A DNA stretch of 64,000 nucleotides from a virus, in IMG/VR virus record IMGVR_UViG_3300049979_000188; one strand, 5' to 3'. The position numbers and the translations under genes are program-made. Of this stretch, positions 53,450 to 59,755 are shown piece after piece (the stretch's first letter is position 1; every line of letters begins with the position of its first letter). The notes beneath the pieces are model-generated. The model saw nothing but the letters and a program-made list of their open reading frames with translations. It did not search any database and was not told the origin of the DNA.

Positions 53450-53854
53450 TTACGGCTCTACGGGAGACCCAGCCGTGAAGCTTGACCAAATCAGGTCCTG
53501 GTAGTCGAGCACAATGCGGGTTTCCTCTTCCGTTAGCCGGCGCAGGCTCGCCGTTGGTGCACGAAGTCTGGTCGCCGCTTCAAACCTAGCTTTATAGGAT
53601 AACAACCTTACCAAAGCTTTATCCGGGTAGCCCAGCAAGCCTACGCTTATGTGGTCAAACAAGTCGGCCGCATCTTGGCTTAGCAACCCAAACTCGTGTA
53701 ACCGCATAACCAGGTAGTAGGCCTCGCGGTAAAAACTGCGTTTCTGCGCCTGGTCGCACACGTAGGCGGGTGCCTCAATGGCCCGTAAGAGCCTACGCAA
53801 ATACTGGTTTATCTGCGCTTGTGAGTCAGCGGGGGTAAATTGAGTGGCGTCCAT
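53450..53854 (-). CDS. Hypothetical protein
   Basis: 134-aa ORF. Confidence 0.65.
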   Translation of the reverse strand: MDATQFTPADSQAQINQYLRRLLRAIEAPAYVCDQAQKRSFYREAYYLVMRLHEFGLLSQDAADLFDHISVGLLGYPDKALVRLLSYKARFEAATRLRAPTASLRRLTEEETRIVLDYQDLIWSSFTAGSPVEP

Positions 53855-53859
53855 GGGAG

Positions 53860-54255
53860 TTACTCGGCAACGTCAACCAGAAACTTACTAACCGGGATTC
53901 GAAAGCAATTGTAGTGAATGGTATCGGAGTCCCCATTGTAGGCGAGCAGGAACTTGACCTGGGCCTCCGTCATGAGCAGGTCAATATCGGCAAAGTAATA
54001 GAAGCGTCCGTCCGAGAGCTTTATCCAGCCCAGCTCATCGAGGAACGCCTCGCTTTTAGCGTAGCTAGCTAAGGCAGGTACCAGTTGCCGGTGAATCTTT
54101 TCGGCCAGCAAGTAATGACTGGAGTAGCCACAGGGGTAAAAATGACCCTCGCGGTCCACGTAGCCGGAAAAGAACTGCGCGGCCTCCTTGTGGCGCATAC
54201 CGGCCAGGCTACGCGCCCGTTGGTAGGGAAAGGGTTGGGGTTTAACACGCTTCAT
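53860..54255 (-). CDS. Paralog family member 4 (GYVDREG..CGYSSH..GWIKLSDG)
   Basis: Shared motifs; start trimmed to MKRVKP. Confidence 0.75.
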   Translation of the reverse strand: MKRVKPQPFPYQRARSLAGMRHKEAAQFFSGYVDREGHFYPCGYSSHYLLAEKIHRQLVPALASYAKSEAFLDELGWIKLSDGRFYYFADIDLLMTEAQVKFLLAYNGDSDTIHYNCFRIPVSKFLVDVAE

Positions 54256-54583
54256 GGTCGAGGGTAGGGAAGGGTGAGTTAAGACGCAACAGGTTATGCG
54301 GGATGGTCTGCGCCTGGCTCCCGCGCCACTGGGCACTGCTGTGGGCGCTCTCAAATTCGTGCACCAGAAGCCCTTCAGACATGTCAAGCCCCAACTTAGC
54401 TTCCTCGTTGTGGGCTACCAGGCCCTGGCAAGCGCGGTTGCAGTTGCTGTGACAGGCCCAGTTATGGCCCGTCTGCTGCTTGAGGGCAATAATTTCCCCG
54501 GCATGGGGTAGACAGCCCGAATTCATCGCGTACTCGGCTTCGGGAGTTGCTGAAAAAGGGCAGGTAAGGCAAGGCTGAGCCAT
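54242..54583 (-). CDS. Cys/His-rich small protein
   Basis: CLTCPF...CLP...WACHSNCNRACQG. Confidence 0.65.
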   Translation of the reverse strand: MAQPCLTCPFSATPEAEYAMNSGCLPHAGEIIALKQQTGHNWACHSNCNRACQGLVAHNEEAKLGLDMSEGLLVHEFESAHSSAQWRGSQAQTIPHNLLRLNSPFPTLDHEAC

Positions 54584-54590
54584 GGGTGCA

Positions 54591-55589
54591 CTACTGGGCT
54601 TGGAAGGTGAGAAAATCGGAGAGTTTCCAGTCCATGCCATTGAAATCAATGGTTTCCGAGTCCTGGAGCTCGCGCCAGCTTAGCACCACTTCCAGCTGCT
54701 GGGGTGTCAGGCGCATGGAAGCCGGACTGAAATGGTAAAGCCGGCCCGAGGAGAGTTTAGCCCAGCCTTTGCTGTCGAGCAGGCGCTGCTCATCCCAGGG
54801 TTCATCCGCCCCCAGTGGACCCGGGTAATATTTTTTCTTTAGCAGCGGGGCCAGCCAGGTGTGGGCCTGAAAAGAGCACGCGTAGAAGAGGCCCTCCGGG
54901 CTCAGGTAGCCGTGCTGAACCACGGAATGGGCCATGGAGCTGGGCTCGGGTGCCTGCTCTTCCACGGGGGCTTGGTAGGGGCGGGAGGTACGCTTCGCCG
55001 GGGCAATACCCGCCGCCGCTTCCAAGGCATCCAGGCGCTCGGCCCGGGCCTGAATACCCTGGGCATACAAGCGCAGAAAATCGGGCGCCGCATCCGGAAT
55101 CGCCTCCACCGGGTTTACGAGCTTAAGCAGGCGGGCCAGTTTTTGGAGCCGCTGGTAGGTGGCATTCGCTTTCTGGCGCAGCTCATCGGCATCCTCAGCC
55201 GCTACCGACACCCGGGCGACGATTTTAGAAGTATAAACTCCTACATCTACGCAGCCGTGCAGGTGATTACGCTCCGGGTTGGCCGCCTTCGCGCACGCCT
55301 CGGCGTACTCGGCAAACTGCAGCTCGTAGTAGGCCCCCAACCGCTCCATCGTATCTTGGGGAGAAGGTAAGGCGGGCAAATTAGCCTTCACTACACCCTG
55401 TCCATCCGGGGTGAAGGTGAGCTTACCGGCAAAGAACTCACGCACGTGCTTTCTTTTCAAGCCACCTCCGAGCAGAATATCGACGGCCAGGTCGGGTTTA
55501 TAGTGGGTCCAGAACTCACGTAGCTGCTCGGCCAGGCCGTCGCCGTCAACGCGAAAGGAAAGAGTATGGGCGGAGCTTGCTGGCTGCAT
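54591..55589 (-). CDS. Two-domain protein with paralog family domain 5 at the C-terminus (GYLSPEG..CSFQAH..GWAKLSSG)
   Basis: Shared motifs in the last ~115 aa. Confidence 0.75.
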   Translation of the reverse strand: MQPASSAHTLSFRVDGDGLAEQLREFWTHYKPDLAVDILLGGGLKRKHVREFFAGKLTFTPDGQGVVKANLPALPSPQDTMERLGAYYELQFAEYAEACAKAANPERNHLHGCVDVGVYTSKIVARVSVAAEDADELRQKANATYQRLQKLARLLKLVNPVEAIPDAAPDFLRLYAQGIQARAERLDALEAAAGIAPAKRTSRPYQAPVEEQAPEPSSMAHSVVQHGYLSPEGLFYACSFQAHTWLAPLLKKKYYPGPLGADEPWDEQRLLDSKGWAKLSSGRLYHFSPASMRLTPQQLEVVLSWRELQDSETIDFNGMDWKLSDFLTFQAQ

Positions 55590-55614
55590 AAGAAGGAAAG
55601 TGAAAGAGGAGTAG

Positions 55615-55642
55615 TCTACGTTTTCTCCGGGCCCGGCGTTAC
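55615..55642 (-). promoter_or_regulatory. ECF-type promoter motif GTAAC-N17-CGTAGA
   Basis: TCTACG-N17-GTTAC. Confidence 0.65.
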
Positions 55643-55938
55643 TAGGTACGCCAAAAGGTGTTCACCAGTTTGCGCCGCTGGGTAGGGCTGGCCAGTAGCA
55701 GCATCCGGGCCAGGCCTATGCCGGCTAAATCACCTTTCTCAGCAGCGTACGCCTGGCACCATTCGATGCTGGAGGTCCCCAAGTTTAGGTCGTCCAAAAC
55801 GATGTGTAGGCTGCCGCCTACTGCGTTACCAGGCAGGGCGTAATAGGCTCGCGTAGCGGCGACGAGCTCAGGCAGTATTGGTTTACGCGTTAGTACGAGC
55901 AGCTCCTCAAAGCTGGTAGCTAATTCGGTGTCAGACAT
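55642..55938 (-). CDS. Small conserved phage protein
   Basis: GGSLHIVLDD.N...I.WC pattern. Confidence 0.65.
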   Translation of the reverse strand: MSDTELATSFEELLVLTRKPILPELVAATRAYYALPGNAVGGSLHIVLDDLNLGTSSIEWCQAYAAEKGDLAGIGLARMLLLASPTQRRKLVNTFWRT

Positions 55939-55995
55939 AAAAAAAAGGGGACCTAGTGAGTCCCCTTTTTACGCTAAAAGTCACTAAGCTGTTAC
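55939..55995 (-). promoter_or_regulatory. ECF-type promoter motif (55968-55995) followed directly by a terminator hairpin
   Basis: TTTACG-N17-GTTAC (the -35 contains the upstream TAA); AAAAAAAGGGGAC..GTCCCCTTTTT. Confidence 0.7.
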
Positions 55996-57143
55996 CGTTT
56001 TTTGGTTTGCTGGATGTAGAGTTCCAGCAAAGTGGTGTTCTGGTAGAGGTAGAACTCCAGGCGCATGGTGAGCAGCAATTGCTCGATGAAATCGGCGTCT
56101 ACCTTATCGGGTAACTCAGACGCCGCAAACAAGGCCTTGATGAGTGGTATCTCTGCTTCGGCATGGGTTAGCAGCGTCTGCAAGTCAACCTCGCCACGGC
56201 GAATAGCCAGTAGCTCCTCCCGGTTAGGGCGCCGTACGTGTAAGCCTTGGCCAGCGGCCACTTCGCGCGCAATATCGAGCAGACGACGGCAGTGCATCAT
56301 GTTTTTTCCGTCAATTTGCTGCCCATGCGTGCTGGTTTCCACGTAACGGGCTTTATTTCGCTTGGCCAACCACTGCTCGTACTGCTTGTACTTGGTGCAG
56401 TGCTGCGAGTACGCATCCTTGTCGTAGCTCATAAAGCGAATCGGGGTGCGTCCTTCCGGAATGGAAGCCGAGCGCAAATCATTAGACGTCAACTGCTCAT
56501 TCAGTAAACCAGGCAGGCTAAAGGTTGGGTTGTTGTAGCTGTAGTAGAGGGCATAGAGATTGCGCATCTTCGGCACCGGCACTACCCCAAAATTACGTTG
56601 ACTCACACCAGGCTGCGTTAGACCCAAACGGTCAATAAAATGCAACAGTGGCTCCGAACCACCCTCCGCCCGGGCTACGCGACAAAAGTCAAGGGGCGTT
56701 TTGCGGGTCATTTGCTCTTTCTCCTGGTTCATGAGCTTATTCAAGCCCTTAGCCTTGGTGATTTGCTCATCGGCGTAGCCGGCCAGCGAGTTAGCCAGTC
56801 GCTTGGTGAGAAACTTTTCCACGTGGGTCAGTACCAGGTTGTAGACCGGGTGCATGTGTAAGATGACGTCCTCGGGCATAGCCAGTAGCTCCAGTACCGT
56901 GGGGTTACCCACCCCCAGCAGGGCCAGGAACTTACCCAGTTCGTAGCCCGTCACATCGTTGGTATCGTTGTTGATGATTTCCTGCCGCGTCAAGCCCAGC
57001 ATATCGGGTAGGGGCAGTACGTAGATGTAGCGAATGTCGGTGTCGCTCGTCTCGATGGCCGTGCCGTAGGCCCGCGAACCAGCGACGCATTCAAAAATAA
57101 TGTGGCCACCGGCCTTCAGGGTTTCGTACGTCCAGGTTTGCAT
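55992..57143 (-). CDS. Pol-beta-superfamily nucleotidyltransferase (RlaP / T4 nrdC.11-like)
   Basis: VAGSRAYGT....SDTDIRYIY, YELGKF..LL..GNPTVLELL and DGKNMMHC.RLL. Confidence 0.88.
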   Translation of the reverse strand: MQTWTYETLKAGGHIIFECVAGSRAYGTAIETSDTDIRYIYVLPLPDMLGLTRQEIINNDTNDVTGYELGKFLALLGVGNPTVLELLAMPEDVILHMHPVYNLVLTHVEKFLTKRLANSLAGYADEQITKAKGLNKLMNQEKEQMTRKTPLDFCRVARAEGGSEPLLHFIDRLGLTQPGVSQRNFGVVPVPKMRNLYALYYSYNNPTFSLPGLLNEQLTSNDLRSASIPEGRTPIRFMSYDKDAYSQHCTKYKQYEQWLAKRNKARYVETSTHGQQIDGKNMMHCRRLLDIAREVAAGQGLHVRRPNREELLAIRRGEVDLQTLLTHAEAEIPLIKALFAASELPDKVDADFIEQLLLTMRLEFYLYQNTTLLELYIQQTKKR

Positions 57144-57168
57144 GAGTAAAGGTGTTAGTGACCTGGAC

Positions 57169-57702
57169 CTACCCGGCCGGGGGTAGCTGCCGCTGGTCAG
57201 TGGGTTTTTCGAGGGGTAAAGTTTTTTTCTTACGTTGCCAGCCTCGGTAGTCTGCTAGTAGAGCTCCGAGCAAGGATGCGACTAGCAGCAAAACCCCCAC
57301 CAGGTGCAAATCCGCTAGTGGCAGGGTCGCCGCGTACGAAAGCAGGCTTAAAAAGCCACAAATCAGGGCCGAACGCCGCCAGTAACCTGGCGTGGTAACG
57401 CCCATGTGAGAGGCCACTAAAAAGAAGGCCGCAAAGCATGCCCAGGCCACAGCCACGTGCGTGAGGCCGGCCGTGAGTGGGGTACTATAGGCCGGTGCCT
57501 GGTAGAGACGCGCCAGGGGAAAATGGGCAAACCCGTGCGCCATAAACCAGCTATGCTCCGCATCTGCTCTTACCTGGTTAGCTTGCGCGACCAGGCCTCG
57601 ACCTATCCAGGCCTCTAGCATGCCATAGCCGAATAGCAGGGCAAGCAGTAGCTGAAGCAGGTAGGATGTTGATGGGCCTCGGGTGATTAGTGTGTTAGCC
57701 AT
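57169..57702 (-). CDS. Multi-pass membrane protein
   Basis: Four hydrophobic segments; start trimmed to MANTLIT. Confidence 0.65.
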   Translation of the reverse strand: MANTLITRGPSTSYLLQLLLALLFGYGMLEAWIGRGLVAQANQVRADAEHSWFMAHGFAHFPLARLYQAPAYSTPLTAGLTHVAVAWACFAAFFLVASHMGVTTPGYWRRSALICGFLSLLSYAATLPLADLHLVGVLLLVASLLGALLADYRGWQRKKKTLPLEKPTDQRQLPPAG

Positions 57703-57730
57703 TGGTAGGGGAAAGGATGGTCTCTTACTT

Positions 57731-57768
57731 AAAAAGACCTGCCGCAAATGACTGCGGCAGGTCTTTTT
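57731..57768. terminator. Intrinsic terminator (symmetric)
   Basis: AAAAAGACCTGCCGCA-AATGAC-TGCGGCAGGTCTTTTT. Confidence 0.85.
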
Positions 57769-57779
57769 AAGTGGCTAAC

Positions 57780-58367
57780 TTATTCGGAAAGCATGGTCTC
57801 CTGGTTAAATCCGTTCCAGAGCACGGCCGCGTTCTCCATGGCGGCGTAGTGCTCCTGGGCCGTGACCGGGTCCGGGATACGCACTGGGGCTTTTACCCGT
57901 TTACCATCGAGTGTATTGTGAAACCAGCGGTCTCCAGCCGTAGGGATACCGCACTCGGTGCAGATAACGGCGTAGTAGCCAATCCAGCCCGCATCCACGT
58001 TCATGCCCGTTTCAGGGGTGCCGTAGAGCGGGTCAGGCGTCACGATGATTTCGCCCGACCCACGGCAATCTTCGCAGAGGCAGAGTTGCCGATTGAGCTC
58101 GGCTTTGAAGCCGGCTAGCTGTTGTTCTGTAGCCTGAGTTTGCCCGGGTAGCTCGTTTTTCAAGCTGTGCTGCACACCCTGGGCATCCGTGTAGGTAATA
58201 AAACGGGCCCTGCGCACGTCCGCCTTAGAAAGAGTGAAATGTGACCAGTGTGGCGCGGAGAGCGGTAGCTTTTGGCCGGCAAGCAGGTCCGCATCGGTGA
58301 GCAAAATAGTATCTTCGGGGGCGAGTGTGCGTCCCCAAACAGCCAGGCTAGGTGCGTGCAATGACAT
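57780..58367 (-). CDS. Hypothetical protein with a zinc finger
   Basis: CLCEDC and CTECG. Confidence 0.7.
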   Translation of the reverse strand: MSLHAPSLAVWGRTLAPEDTILLTDADLLAGQKLPLSAPHWSHFTLSKADVRRARFITYTDAQGVQHSLKNELPGQTQATEQQLAGFKAELNRQLCLCEDCRGSGEIIVTPDPLYGTPETGMNVDAGWIGYYAVICTECGIPTAGDRWFHNTLDGKRVKAPVRIPDPVTAQEHYAAMENAAVLWNGFNQETMLSE

Positions 58368-58391
58368 AAGAGATGAGTGAGAGGGCGATAG

Positions 58392-58949
58392 TTACTTGGC
58401 GCCGAATTCAAGGTTGAGTTTTTCGTGGAGCGCACGACGAGACGCCAACTCCCGCGCCTCCTCGGCCCTTGCCTTCTCTTCCGCCCGTTGCCGCTCCGTT
58501 TCCTTGATTTCGGCCAGCATGGCCTGGGCCCGGCTCGTGGCGGGTTCAATCACTTCCTTGAGCAGCTGCTGGTAGAAGAAAGTATTGAGCTCCTCCGCCG
58601 CCGTGTAGGCCTCATCGGTCTGCTCGCTGTAGGGCGTTTGGGTTAGGAAGTGGTTGAGGTAGCCAACCTCCGTGCAGTAGGGGTCAGACGAGTACACCAG
58701 CACCCCGTTACGCAGAATATGCAGGCGGTAATCGGCTTCCCCGGAAGCCACCCGCTCATTGGCCAGCAGTAGCAGGCTGCACTCGTGGACGAGCTGCGCC
58801 GTAGTAAGGGGGCCGTAGAGCTGTAAATCGCTGTCAAAACTAGCCATTAAGCAGCCACGGATTACGTCGTCGCTGTTGGGCTTGTAGGCGAAGAGGTGAT
58901 ATAAAGGAGGGGCTTCCTTATGAGCCTGCACATCAGCAAGGGTAAACAT
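58392..58949 (-). CDS. Hypothetical protein with a C-terminal coiled coil
   Basis: Start trimmed to MFTLADV. Confidence 0.7.
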   Translation of the reverse strand: MFTLADVQAHKEAPPLYHLFAYKPNSDDVIRGCLMASFDSDLQLYGPLTTAQLVHECSLLLLANERVASGEADYRLHILRNGVLVYSSDPYCTEVGYLNHFLTQTPYSEQTDEAYTAAEELNTFFYQQLLKEVIEPATSRAQAMLAEIKETERQRAEEKARAEEARELASRRALHEKLNLEFGAK

Positions 58950-58983
58950 GGTCAGACTAGTTAAGGGGCTACAGACAAGCAAG

Positions 58984-59011
58984 TATACGTGAAAGGCTAC
59001 CCCTCCGTTAC
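58984..59011 (-). promoter_or_regulatory. ECF-type promoter motif GTAAC-N17-CGTATA
   Basis: TATACG-N17-GTTAC. Confidence 0.6.
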
Positions 59012-59296
59012 GACCGCTGGAAAGTAGCGCAGCCCCGAAGCGCTCACGAATAAATCGGCTTGCAAGGCAGCCTCCAGTCGGGCTACCTGGTCGTAGAAGC
59101 CATCCAGCCCAAAGAGGAAAATGGCTAGCTCATGGGGGCTCATGTGGAGGCGCTCGGCAAGCTCGGGCGCTGTTATGCCCTGGCGAGCAAGAACCGTGTT
59201 AAGCTCTTCGCTAAGGTCAAAGGTTTTGGAAACCGAAATTTTAACCGCCACGGGCGTGCGATTCAGTACCTGGGTAACGAGCGGGTCAGTGGGCAT
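58997..59296 (-). CDS. Xre-like HTH protein
   Basis: LARQGITAPELAERLHMSPHELAIF...LEAAL; start trimmed to MPTDPL. Confidence 0.6.
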   Translation of the reverse strand: MPTDPLVTQVLNRTPVAVKISVSKTFDLSEELNTVLARQGITAPELAERLHMSPHELAIFLFGLDGFYDQVARLEAALQADLFVSASGLRYFPAVVTEG

Positions 59297-59300
59297 TAGC

Positions 59301-59672
59301 TTACGAGTTTGGGTCAAAATGACGGCAGCAGTGGTCGTGGCCGAGTCGCTCGACAAGTTTAGGCTCTACCAGGCACTGGCCGTAATCAGTGGTGCTGCTG
59401 GGCCCATACATGGCTAGGGCAGGCTTACTGCGCTTGTAGAAGCTGCAGTTACGGCACTGGCGTACCAGCGGCTCCGTGCTTACCGGTTCGGGCCACTGCA
59501 GCAAGCGTTTGAGCTGGTCACCGAGTTGGGCGGCTTGCTTGGACTCCGCCCCACTTAGGCCGTGCGTGGCCACGTGCTGGCCACCCTCGGCATCAAGGGC
59601 AAAAACGATTAGCTGCGTTGCCCCGAGCTGCTCGCGATAACGCTTGACGCTAGCAATGGTAATCTTTTCCAT
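59301..59672 (-). CDS. Hypothetical protein with a C-terminal Cys cluster
   Basis: CRNCSFY...GQC...CCRHF. Confidence 0.65.
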   Translation of the reverse strand: MEKITIASVKRYREQLGATQLIVFALDAEGGQHVATHGLSGAESKQAAQLGDQLKRLLQWPEPVSTEPLVRQCRNCSFYKRSKPALAMYGPSSTTDYGQCLVEPKLVERLGHDHCCRHFDPNS

Positions 59673-59702
59673 GGGTGTAGAAGAAAAAAATATGAAAGCC
59701 AG

Positions 59703-59749
59703 TTTACGCAAAACCCACCCTGTGTCGTTACGGACTAAGGGTGGGTTTT
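59703..59749 (-). promoter_or_regulatory. ECF-type promoter motif (N18 spacer, 59703-59731) with the -35 in a terminator loop
   Basis: TTTACG-N18-GTTAC inside AAAACCCACCCT...AGGGTGGGTTTT. Confidence 0.6.
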
Positions 59750-59755
59750 CTTATC

